Assembly (NCBI GenBank): GCA_964585885.1
Contig: CAZPFQ010000001.1
Location: forward strand, 67,220-131,219
DNA: 64,000 nucleotides
From: an uncultured Candidatus Saccharibacteria bacterium
GTDB taxonomy: Bacteria > Patescibacteriota > Saccharimonadia > Saccharimonadales > UBA10212
Reading direction: 5' to 3'
The notes under the pieces are model-generated. The model saw only the letters and a program-made list of their open reading frames with translations. It did no database searches and was not told the origin of the DNA. Below, piece after piece: positions 19,086-27,384 of the stretch. The stretch's first letter is position 1. Each line of letters opens with the position of its first letter. Position numbers and translations under genes: made by a program.

Positions 19086-20504
19086 CTATGATTCTAGCAC
19101 TTCGGTAGAACCAAATATATTGTTAATGGTTTGGTCTGCATATCCGTGGTCAGCTTGGCCATTCTCATCTGCCAATGAAACTGACTTGTCTACTTCGCAA
19201 ACGATTCTTAACTTATGCCCGCTGAGTTCTTCTATAATCCGGCCGATACTGGCAATGTTCTCTGCTCGATTAACTTGCTTAGCATGAAGCGGATAGGCGA
19301 AGATTAAGCTGAGTTTGTCGTCCTCAAAAACTGGGCGCGAAAGCCGCAAAGCGTTAAACAAGGCCGGTGACTTTGCTTTTACAGTCTCTAAGATTTCCGG
19401 CCACTGCTCAACCCCTATTTTTGAGCTGCTTTGTCGACTTCGTGTCGAGCGATGCTTTGTGGGCTTTTTTAGCGTTGATTCGAGTGATATCGTGTCCTTG
19501 GGAATCTCCTTAGGCGGTTTTTCTTCTGTAATCGGACTCTTCGGGTCTTCAATTGACTCAATTGCTGCCAGTACGGCTATTTCGAGTGACTCCTGTGGTC
19601 TGGAACTCTCGGAGACCGAAAGTAAATCCTTAAGTAGCGATGTAGTTCTGTTCGCGGTGTGCCCGTGTTCTATTATTCTGCTCCGTAACTCGTGGGCTAT
19701 TGATTTAGCCGTCACTATTGGGCTTGCGGCTTGTTCTTTGAGCTCGTCAAGAAGTTTCAAGGCTCGCTTGGGGTCTTTACTGTCGATACTAGCGAGCAAG
19801 TCGTTTATTGCTTGTGAGCTCGGTAGGCCAAGTAGCTCCCTAACATCGACCAAGCTGATTTTCTTAGATACCGAACTAAGCTGATCCAGGTAACCGATAG
19901 TGTCGCGTAGGCTGCCATCGCCGTATTCTGATAGCAGTTCGATGGCCGCGTCATCAAAGGCTATATTTTCTTTCGCGGCAATATTACTTAGAAGCTTCTG
20001 CGTCTCCGACGGAGTTATGGGCTTGAAATTAAACCTCTGAGTTCGACTGATAATTGTCTCGGGTAATTTATGGGGCTCGGTGGTAGCTAAGATGAATATA
20101 CAGTGGGCAGGTGGTTCTTCGAGCGTCTTTAATAGGGCATTGAAAGCTTCTTTAGTCAGCATATGAACTTCGTCAATTATGTAGACTTTGTATTTAGCTT
20201 GAGCGGGTGCTATCCGCACCTTTTCACGAAGATCGCGGATTTCGTCGATGCGCCGATTACTAGCAGCGTCAATTTCGATAATGTCTAGATGGACCGCGCT
20301 ATCGCTGTATCTAAGATTGTTTACCTCGAAAGCCATTATCCTGGCAACAGATGTTTTTCCTACTCCACGAGGCCCAGCAAATAGATAAGCGTGGCTCAAT
20401 CTGTTCGTTTTTAAAGCCTCAGACAAGGTTTTAACAATTGCCTGCTGACCTATCGTTTCGGAAAAACTTCTCGGTCGATATTTTCTATATAAAGCCTGTC
20501 CCAC
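19086..20504 (-). CDS. dnaX: DNA polymerase III subunit gamma/tau
   Basis: GTG start; GPRGVGKTS Walker A, DEVHML, ALLKTLEEPP, SRTQ motifs. Confidence 0.92.
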   Translation of the reverse strand: MGQALYRKYRPRSFSETIGQQAIVKTLSEALKTNRLSHAYLFAGPRGVGKTSVARIMAFEVNNLRYSDSAVHLDIIEIDAASNRRIDEIRDLREKVRIAPAQAKYKVYIIDEVHMLTKEAFNALLKTLEEPPAHCIFILATTEPHKLPETIISRTQRFNFKPITPSETQKLLSNIAAKENIAFDDAAIELLSEYGDGSLRDTIGYLDQLSSVSKKISLVDVRELLGLPSSQAINDLLASIDSKDPKRALKLLDELKEQAASPIVTAKSIAHELRSRIIEHGHTANRTTSLLKDLLSVSESSRPQESLEIAVLAAIESIEDPKSPITEEKPPKEIPKDTISLESTLKKPTKHRSTRSRQSSSKIGVEQWPEILETVKAKSPALFNALRLSRPVFEDDKLSLIFAYPLHAKQVNRAENIASIGRIIEELSGHKLRIVCEVDKSVSLADENGQADHGYADQTINNIFGSTEVLES

Positions 20505-20551
20505 AGTAACCTAATTATAGATGATAATAACGGTGGTTCAGATTGTAGAAA

Positions 20552-20830
20552 TTACCAGAGATATAGTCTGTTAGATTTTTCCTGCGAGCAGTAGACGGCC
20601 AAGGAATTTACGATACCGGAAGAATCATTAGGCTGCAGTTGCCTGAACTGACTTAGCTCACCTTTCGCTATTGAATATCGTTCTTTAAAGTTCTTACCGT
20701 TGTCTGCGCACCAATCTGGCCTAAATTTACTCTGTAATGGCATAAAATGTCCGGCTATAAATACGCATATCAAAAGAGAGGCGCCAAATACTGCAAAGAG
20801 CCTTATACTAATCGGTGGTACTCTTCTCAT
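20552..20830 (-). CDS. hypothetical small membrane-anchored/secreted protein
   Basis: 92-aa ORF with an N-terminal hydrophobic helix and two Cys; no Shine-Dalgarno, no recognisable family. Confidence 0.4.
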   Translation of the reverse strand: MRRVPPISIRLFAVFGASLLICVFIAGHFMPLQSKFRPDWCADNGKNFKERYSIAKGELSQFRQLQPNDSSGIVNSLAVYCSQEKSNRLYLW

Positions 20831-20867
20831 TTAATAAAAGCTAGCTGTAAATTAAGAAGCAGTAGAG

Positions 20868-21380
20868 TTAAAGAGCAGCTTCTAAAGCGGCCCATTCGGC
20901 ATTCACAGAGTCGTCTTCGGGGATGTTTACGCTCACTTGATCTCCGGGTTTGGCTTTGAAGTACGTAACACTAGCCAAAAGTACCCGGTATTCCTTATCG
21001 TTTACTTCAACGAAATAGTGGCCCTCTTTTTGTTGCAAGACACCAACCACTTGCTTGCGAGGGACTGGACCAATTTGCTTATAGAGGAATGAACCGTCGT
21101 CAGCGATAGTTAGCTTTAAGATATCACCTTGAACGAGCTTTGACTTACTAGCGTAGTTGGCCGGCACGGGGTAGGTCTTGGCGTCTGAACCGACCATGTT
21201 TTGCCCATCAAACACGCCTTCGATAATCTTGCCCAGCGCCTTATCTTTGACTTTGTCAACAAGCTCAGTGTCTTCACCAACTAGACTTATGAGTAACTCC
21301 TTAGCGGCAGCTACATTCGTCTCAGCGTCGCTGAGAAGCGCCCTTAGGCGTTTTATTTGCTTTTCAGGTATATCTGGCAT
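20868..21380 (-). CDS. hypothetical protein (N-terminal helix plus beta-rich C-terminal part)
   Basis: 170-aa ORF with a GGAG Shine-Dalgarno; no family recognised by eye. Confidence 0.65.
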   Translation of the reverse strand: MPDIPEKQIKRLRALLSDAETNVAAAKELLISLVGEDTELVDKVKDKALGKIIEGVFDGQNMVGSDAKTYPVPANYASKSKLVQGDILKLTIADDGSFLYKQIGPVPRKQVVGVLQQKEGHYFVEVNDKEYRVLLASVTYFKAKPGDQVSVNIPEDDSVNAEWAALEAAL

Positions 21381-21490
21381 CTGTTTTCTCCAACCCCTAG
21401 TCTTTGTTTGACTACAGTGTCTGAACCAAACCTACCATATCTGTTGGTGCAAGTCAAAATGTCAAGTTTAAGGTTGTGGATAAACCGAAC

Positions 21491-21964
21491 CTAGGCCAGC
21501 TCCACGGTTGCACCCGCAGCTTCGAGTGTTTTCTTGGCCTCTTCGGCCTCCTCTTTAGATGCTTTTTCTTTTATAGCCTTAGGCGCTTCGTCAACTAGGG
21601 CCTTGGCTTCTCCCAACCCGAGCCCTGTGATGTCCTTAACAGCCTTAATCACGGCTACTTTCTGAGCTCCGGCATCTTTCAAAACAATATCGAACTCAGC
21701 TTTCTCTTCTACTACCGGGGCTCCGCCCGATTCTGAGCTAGGTGGTGCTACTGCCGCAGCTGGAGCGGCGGCACTAACGCCCCAATGTTCTTCCAAATAC
21801 TTTACGAATTTGCTAATCTCTAAAGCGCTTAGCTTGTCGAGTTGCTCGACCAGCTTTTCAAATTCCTTGGGCGCTTTGCCTCCCACAGAATCTTTTTTTG
21901 TGTGCTCAGATGGCTTTTCGTCCTTTGGTGCTTCTTGCCTTACTTTAGTATTTTCTTCTGACAT
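21491..21964 (-). CDS. rplL: 50S ribosomal protein bL12 (L7/L12) with about 33-aa N-terminal extension
   Basis: C-terminal [24 protein letters not shown]; ATG preceded by AAGGAG. Confidence 0.9.
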   Translation of the reverse strand: MSEENTKVRQEAPKDEKPSEHTKKDSVGGKAPKEFEKLVEQLDKLSALEISKFVKYLEEHWGVSAAAPAAAVAPPSSESGGAPVVEEKAEFDIVLKDAGAQKVAVIKAVKDITGLGLGEAKALVDEAPKAIKEKASKEEAEEAKKTLEAAGATVELA

Positions 21965-21986
21965 GATTTCTCCTTAGTTACTTAAA

Positions 21987-22520
21987 TTATTTCTCTAAAC
22001 TTTTCGCCCTAGCGATGAATAAGTTGAACACACTAGTCAAGTTTGCCGATATTACAGATGCTAAATTGGATGATGGCGCGATCAATGTGGTTATCAGTTG
22101 TGCTCTTAGCTGGTCTTTGGACGGTAAATTAGCAATAGCTTCGATGTCAGTAGCGTCTATGAGCTGTCCGTTACTGTCTATGCCGCCAACGAACTTAATC
22201 TGGGGATTGGTCTTAGCAAAACTAGCTAGAGCCTGCGCCGGAGCTGCTTCATCTTGGTCATTAAAACCATAAAGTAATTGCCCATTCATACCATCCAATG
22301 TGTCAATGGAACGCCCAAAAGTGGATTCTAGCGCTCTATTGAACAGGCGGTTCTTAATTACTTTGTATTTAGTTCCGCTTGAGTTTGCGCTGCTTCTCAG
22401 CTCTTGGAGTGACCTAACCGTAGTACCTTCATAACGTGCTATAACGGTCATCTTTGAGCTAGAGAGCAGAGACTCTGCCTCGTTCACGACTAATTTTTTC
22501 TTTTCTCGGCTAAGTGCCAT
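21987..22520 (-). CDS. rplJ: 50S ribosomal protein uL10
   Basis: 177-aa ORF of L10 type immediately upstream of rplL. Confidence 0.9.
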   Translation of the reverse strand: MALSREKKKLVVNEAESLLSSSKMTVIARYEGTTVRSLQELRSSANSSGTKYKVIKNRLFNRALESTFGRSIDTLDGMNGQLLYGFNDQDEAAPAQALASFAKTNPQIKFVGGIDSNGQLIDATDIEAIANLPSKDQLRAQLITTLIAPSSNLASVISANLTSVFNLFIARAKSLEK

Positions 22521-22665
22521 GTAGATTAACCTCCCTTAAAGTAAAAAAATCGTCTCGCCAAAGACAACTTCTTCTCTTACCTAGGTAGCAGATTAAGGCT
22601 TTTTAGCCGGCTACTGTCTTTGGCAACTGTTACAAGGTAACATATTTGCCACTTTGATACAAATT
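22521..22665 (-). promoter_or_regulatory. candidate structured rplJ leader (L10-leader-like)
   Basis: 145-nt untranslated gap. 10-bp stem GCCAAAGACA/TGTCTTTGGC (22614-22623 with 22559-22568) encloses an inner GTAGC/GCTAC stem, followed by a U-rich run and an AAGGGAGG Shine-Dalgarno. Confidence 0.35.
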
Positions 22666-24627
22666 CTATAACTTCCCATGATGGCGTCTACTTGAGGCCT
22701 GCCTGCCGCGGCGTCGGCTTTTTGTATTTAGGCGTTGTCCTGAAACCGGCGCCTCACCCTCATCAACTACTGTTGATAAGATATGGCTGTTACCAATTAT
22801 TATTGGATGTACCTCAGCGGCTAGGTCTTTTAGGCTCTGGACTAAGCCTCCGGGTGGTTTCTTTGCGGCCGCCTCGATTAAAGATAGGCCGTTTAAAGAC
22901 AATTGCCATCGGTTGTGGTTTCCACGTAGTACAGAATATTGAGCGGCTTCATCCATTCCTTTAGATTGCAGCAAGCTATTTAGTTCCAAGCTGGCATCAA
23001 ACGCTTCTAGGAATGCGTCATCATGCAACGAGGCATCAACCTCAGGCGGTACCTCGTAACCGTATCTAGGAGTAAGTGGCTGTGCTTTAGTAGCCACGTT
23101 TTTTGTTGATTGAGCTAGTTTGTATATTTCGCCGAAATCGGCCAAACAGTCAAACTGGTACCAAACCCTGGTTAATAATTCTTCTGGGTTAGATGCACAC
23201 AGGCTTTTTAATATCTGGGATTTTTGTTCATAATCCCACTTGTCAACCATGGTCGCAAGGCCACTCTGGCCCAAGTTGCCGTAAGTGTAAATCGCCTCTT
23301 CTATAAGCTCAAATTCATTCCTGGGACTATACTTCGCCAATACGGCTGACGTACCGCTTTGATCAACACTACTGAATCCCCCTTTTGCAATATCGTTTGT
23401 TAAGGCTTCAAAGACGGTCTGGCTGGTCGCGTTGGCTTGGAATTTGCCATCCTGTACGGTGCTGCCTAACTTGAATGACGTTAGCTCCTCAAACCGGCTA
23501 GTTTGAAAGAATTTTTCTATCCGGTTCTTGTTAAGACCACTAGAGACTATACCGACATCACATAATGCCGCCATTGGAGTTATCGCCGCTGCAATAGTGT
23601 GATTTAGCGTGGGCTTACTCTCATCAAATTGCCGCCGGATTTCTATTAGTCGCTGCATAGTATCATTGTATTTTCTTAATACGGCCGGTGGCAGGTTCTT
23701 TGGGATGTAGTACTTCATAACCTTATTTCTGGCCGGCCAATCAAGGCTAATCGTCATATCATTTCCGACGATTGCCATCATCCGGGAGGCGGCCAGCAGG
23801 CTAATGTCTTTGAGTTCGATGATTCCTGCTGAGTTGTCCTTAGGCACATCGGGATTTACGGATAGCATATTATTTCGGCGATTGGCTGGTTGTATGTCTT
23901 GAGAGTCTTTAAGATTCACTGTCGCGCTTTGTCCATTGTGGTGAGGCTTTGGTAGCATTGGCTTAATAATTTTCCATATTTTGTTGCTGATATCAGGTAT
24001 TGTGGCTATCTTGTCGCCCGAAAGGCAATCAACAGCTATGAAGTCCTTAGGAAACAGGCGGCAGAGGCTGTCGTACGCTTGCACGGATTTACGCAGGTGG
24101 TCCTTGTCAGCTTCGTGCTCATCGTGGACCTTATCAGTATATGAACGCAACTTCTTGCCTTTTATCAACTCATACGAAACTTCAGCTGGCACACTAAGGT
24201 ATATGTTCAGGGTTGGTCTGGGGACACCGAGCAGTTGAAATTCTAGGCTTTCTTCCCAGATGAAAAAACCTCTCTGCTGTGCCGGTTTGGTAAATTTCGC
24301 GCCCTGGTGTGCCATATTGGATCCCACATATCGGTTTGCTAATACTATTTTTCCCAAGTCAAGACTTCTTCGAATTTGCGGTGCAGACTCAAATCTGTCT
24401 AAGGCATAAAAAAGAGAGGCGCTGTAGGGACTAATCTCTGACGCTGGGCCGTATTCACCATTCAAGTAGCGTTTTACGAAATGGCTCGAAGGTTCGCCGT
24501 AGCGCGGAAAGTCATAAACATCTACATTATGTCCGGCCGCTTCTAGTCTAGCTTTCAGGAGTTTGAACTGAGTAGTCTTACCTGACCCGTCGCTACCTTC
24601 GAGTACGAAAAATAGGCCCTTGTCCAC
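22666..24627 (-). CDS. tmk: thymidylate kinase fused to a roughly 430-aa C-terminal region (two degenerate ThyX-like repeats?) and a basic tail
   Basis: GTG start 2 nt after the dcd stop. N-terminus LEGSDGSGKTTQ plus ALDRF is dTMP-kinase type; see findings for the C-terminal region. Confidence 0.85.
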   Translation of the reverse strand: MDKGLFFVLEGSDGSGKTTQFKLLKARLEAAGHNVDVYDFPRYGEPSSHFVKRYLNGEYGPASEISPYSASLFYALDRFESAPQIRRSLDLGKIVLANRYVGSNMAHQGAKFTKPAQQRGFFIWEESLEFQLLGVPRPTLNIYLSVPAEVSYELIKGKKLRSYTDKVHDEHEADKDHLRKSVQAYDSLCRLFPKDFIAVDCLSGDKIATIPDISNKIWKIIKPMLPKPHHNGQSATVNLKDSQDIQPANRRNNMLSVNPDVPKDNSAGIIELKDISLLAASRMMAIVGNDMTISLDWPARNKVMKYYIPKNLPPAVLRKYNDTMQRLIEIRRQFDESKPTLNHTIAAAITPMAALCDVGIVSSGLNKNRIEKFFQTSRFEELTSFKLGSTVQDGKFQANATSQTVFEALTNDIAKGGFSSVDQSGTSAVLAKYSPRNEFELIEEAIYTYGNLGQSGLATMVDKWDYEQKSQILKSLCASNPEELLTRVWYQFDCLADFGEIYKLAQSTKNVATKAQPLTPRYGYEVPPEVDASLHDDAFLEAFDASLELNSLLQSKGMDEAAQYSVLRGNHNRWQLSLNGLSLIEAAAKKPPGGLVQSLKDLAAEVHPIIIGNSHILSTVVDEGEAPVSGQRLNTKSRRRGRQASSRRHHGKL

Positions 24628-24629
24628 AG

Positions 24630-25343
24630 TTATAAAGCTTTCAGGCCTTTTATTTTTTTCGGGACTGAGCGCTTATCGAGATAAGCTCTAGGTAGCATAA
24701 GCTCGGGGCGCCAATTTTTAATCAGGTCGCCAAGGCTAGTACCACTCTGGTATTTACCGCTAAAGCCTCGATGGCGGCCTTCCCCGTAATTTCCGATTAC
24801 TTCACCAGTCTGATGAAAAATAATTTGGGCTATACGCTCACCGACTGGCAGCAAAATAATTTCACTGTGATTTAAGTTGAACACCTCCAAAGTCAACCGG
24901 TTGATATATCCCGGGTCAATCCAGCCGGCATCAAAACTAACCGCTACTCCGTTTCGTCCCCAACTAGAGCGAGAGCGAACTTCGCACGCACCAGGTGGTA
25001 AAATACCGAAAAATTCGTGAGTGTGCGTTAAAATTCGTTCTCCCGGCCTAACCGGAATTACTGGGTGCGTGAAAGGAATTCCTTTTAAGGGCTTGACGCC
25101 GTTTTCATCGCTCCACTTTTTGTGGGGCATAGCTGTTAGCGCTCCCTCGAAATACCGCTTTACGTCGTCTTTATCAAAGGGATTGTATACTGGGTGGTCC
25201 TTCGACCTCTCCGTACGATAATAGTAGTTGCCTAGCGTTACATCCAGACTAGCGTGAGCAACGTGTTTTTTTTCAAATGGAGTACAGACGATGTGTCCAT
25301 CTTCCACTGCCTGCAAGATTTGCTTATTGCTGTATACACCCAT
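24630..25343 (-). CDS. dcd: dCTP deaminase family protein
   Basis: SRSSWGRNGV and AGWIDPGY motifs of the dCTP deaminase/dUTPase fold. Confidence 0.85.
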   Translation of the reverse strand: MGVYSNKQILQAVEDGHIVCTPFEKKHVAHASLDVTLGNYYYRTERSKDHPVYNPFDKDDVKRYFEGALTAMPHKKWSDENGVKPLKGIPFTHPVIPVRPGERILTHTHEFFGILPPGACEVRSRSSWGRNGVAVSFDAGWIDPGYINRLTLEVFNLNHSEIILLPVGERIAQIIFHQTGEVIGNYGEGRHRGFSGKYQSGTSLGDLIKNWRPELMLPRAYLDKRSVPKKIKGLKAL

Positions 25344-25396
25344 CTATAGGTAGTTCCTTATATAAGATTCTAATTATGTTGTAAAGATGTCGCAAA

Positions 25397-26347
25397 TTAT
25401 AAGGATGCTTTGACACTCGGACCCATGGTGGTTGTGACATAAACAGACTTGATATACGTTCCTTTGACAGACGCAGGCTTAGCCCCGCGGACGCTATCTA
25501 TCAGAGCTTGGGCGTTCTGGACTAACTTCGCAGTCCCAAAACTGGTTTTACCGATTGAAATATGGATGATACCGGCTTGGTCAACCCGATATTCAACCTT
25601 CCCTGCTTTAGCCTCTTTAACTGCTTCGGCAACATTTTTAGTGACCGTCCCGCTCTTGGGATTTGGCATCAATCCCCTGGGTCCCAGAAGTTTTGCGAAT
25701 TTACCAAGACTAGCCATCAACGCCGGAGGCGCTATTAGTACGTCGAACTCGATCTGTCCCTTCTCAAGCTGGGCTACTAATTCGTCGCTACTGGCGATGT
25801 CGGCACCGGCAGATTTTGCCTTGTCGGCTTCCTCAGCCTCTACAAAGACCGCTACTCTCACTTCCTTACCTGTCCCGTTTGGCAATACCAAGCTGCCTCT
25901 CACATTTTGATCAGCTAATTTTGGATCAATGGCAAGGTTGATGTGCATCTCTACTGATGCATCGAACTTAGTTGTGGAAGCTTTGCAAGCTAAGTCCAGC
26001 GCTTCCGATAGGTTATATGCGGCACCCTGGTCGATTAATTTAGCGGCGTCTCTATACTTTTTTCCGGCCCTATCAATCTTACTGCGGGGCGGTTTCTGAG
26101 TTTTTTTTGATTCGTCCGCTTTTGTTTCCTTTGCGGAAGTTTTTTTCCGCTCTTCCTTGATCTGCGCTTCTTCTGACTCCTTTATCGATTTAGCACTTCG
26201 TCTGCCGGCCTTGGCGACAGAACTGTCTTTTTCTTCTAACTCATCACTCCCCGTCTTCTTAGCTGCTGGGGTTGCTTCAATAGCTTTTTCAGGCTTAGTT
26301 TTTTGCGACTTTTTTGCAACTACTCCAGTTTTCTTTTTTTCGGCCAT
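25397..26347 (-). CDS. rplA: 50S ribosomal protein uL1 with about 90-aa Lys/Glu-rich N-terminal extension
   Basis: Canonical L1 begins near RAGKKYRDAAKLID (residue ~93); the ATG is preceded by GAAGGAGAG. Confidence 0.92.
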   Translation of the reverse strand: MAEKKKTGVVAKKSQKTKPEKAIEATPAAKKTGSDELEEKDSSVAKAGRRSAKSIKESEEAQIKEERKKTSAKETKADESKKTQKPPRSKIDRAGKKYRDAAKLIDQGAAYNLSEALDLACKASTTKFDASVEMHINLAIDPKLADQNVRGSLVLPNGTGKEVRVAVFVEAEEADKAKSAGADIASSDELVAQLEKGQIEFDVLIAPPALMASLGKFAKLLGPRGLMPNPKSGTVTKNVAEAVKEAKAGKVEYRVDQAGIIHISIGKTSFGTAKLVQNAQALIDSVRGAKPASVKGTYIKSVYVTTTMGPSVKASL

Positions 26348-26397
26348 AATCTCTCCTTCGTGGTAATAGCGCCGTTTTGGCTCCCACTACTTAATAT

Positions 26398-26826
26398 TTA
26401 CGAATCTAGCTCAACACCCATACTACGCGCCGTACCGGCAACCATTTTCATTACCGCCTCAACATCAGGAGTGTTCATATCATCAGCTTTTGCCTCGGCA
26501 ATTTCACGTAGCTGAGACTGCGATAGCTTTTTTTCCAGTTTAATTTTATTCGGCTCACCGGAGCCCTTATCAACCTTCAAAGCTGAGAGAATAAGCTCGT
26601 CCGTTGGAGTTCCCACGATTCTCCAACTCATTGTTCGGTCATCGTAAATGGTGATATGCACGGTCAACGTCTGTCCCATACGGTCTTTCGTTTCTTCGTT
26701 GAAAGGGTTAACGAAATCCATCATGTTAACACCGTATTGTCCAAGGCTAGAGCCAACCGGCGGACCGGCACTGGCTTGCCCGCCGCGTACTTTCATTTTC
26801 AAACTTGCTGTGGCTGTTTTTGCCAT
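26398..26826 (-). CDS. rplK: 50S ribosomal protein uL11
   Basis: PPVGSSLGQYGVNMMDF block; lies between nusG and rplA. Confidence 0.95.
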   Translation of the reverse strand: MAKTATASLKMKVRGGQASAGPPVGSSLGQYGVNMMDFVNPFNEETKDRMGQTLTVHITIYDDRTMSWRIVGTPTDELILSALKVDKGSGEPNKIKLEKKLSQSQLREIAEAKADDMNTPDVEAVMKMVAGTARSMGVELDS

Positions 26827-26828
26827 GC

Positions 26829-27380
26829 CTATACTCGCTTTACCTGGAGGCCGTCGAGCTCTACTGGTGTCTCACGCCCAAACATGTTCACCAAGACTTT
26901 TAATTTGCCCTTCTGTGAATCAATCTCATTGATTGCGCCATCAAACCCCTTAAATGGGCCATCAATGATATTAACAACTTCGCCAACACTGTAATCAAAC
27001 TTGTGCTTGGGCTCTTCGCGGCCCATGCGTTTCATGATTTTGTGAATTTCATCATCGCTTAGAGGAGTAGGCTCGGCGCCGGTACCTACAAAGCCGGTAA
27101 CATTTGGGGTGTTGCGAACGATATACCACGCGTCTTCGCTGAGTTTCATTTCAACTAATACGTAGCCTTGAAAAATGCGTTTTTCAACAACTTTCCTCTT
27201 GCCGTTTTTAATCTCTATCATCTTTTCCTTGGGCACTAATACCTGGAAAATTTTATCAGCCATATCGAGCGATTCCGCCCTTTGCCGAATACTTTCAGCA
27301 ACCTTTTCTTCGTAACCTGAATACGTATGTATGGCATACCACTGCTTCGTCGAATTATATCGTTTAGTCACCTGATTCAT
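26829..27380 (-). CDS. nusG: transcription termination/antitermination factor NusG
   Basis: NGN domain (WYAIHTYSGYE) and KOW (GEVVNIIDGPFKGFDG). Confidence 0.93.
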   Translation of the reverse strand: MNQVTKRYNSTKQWYAIHTYSGYEEKVAESIRQRAESLDMADKIFQVLVPKEKMIEIKNGKRKVVEKRIFQGYVLVEMKLSEDAWYIVRNTPNVTGFVGTGAEPTPLSDDEIHKIMKRMGREEPKHKFDYSVGEVVNIIDGPFKGFDGAINEIDSQKGKLKVLVNMFGRETPVELDGLQVKRV

Positions 27381-27384
27381 TCCT

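Noticed and set aside
19315-19884. Long antisense ORFs opposite essential genes: 19315-19884 versus dnaX, 25449-25910 versus rplA, 46722-47198 versus rplB, 49782-50318 versus tuf, 59846-60355 versus rpoC.
   Set aside because: They lie fully inside strongly supported genes on the other strand, and their translations are low-complexity Ser/Leu/Arg-rich. No Shine-Dalgarno or promoter was seen. These are typical shadow ORFs.
21475-21483. Perfect DnaA-box 9-mer TGTGGATAA in the rplL-downstream gap; considered as a possible origin of replication.
   Set aside because: It is a single box with no cluster, no AT-rich unwinding element and no dnaA or dnaN nearby. One 9-mer match in 64 kb on two strands is near chance expectation.
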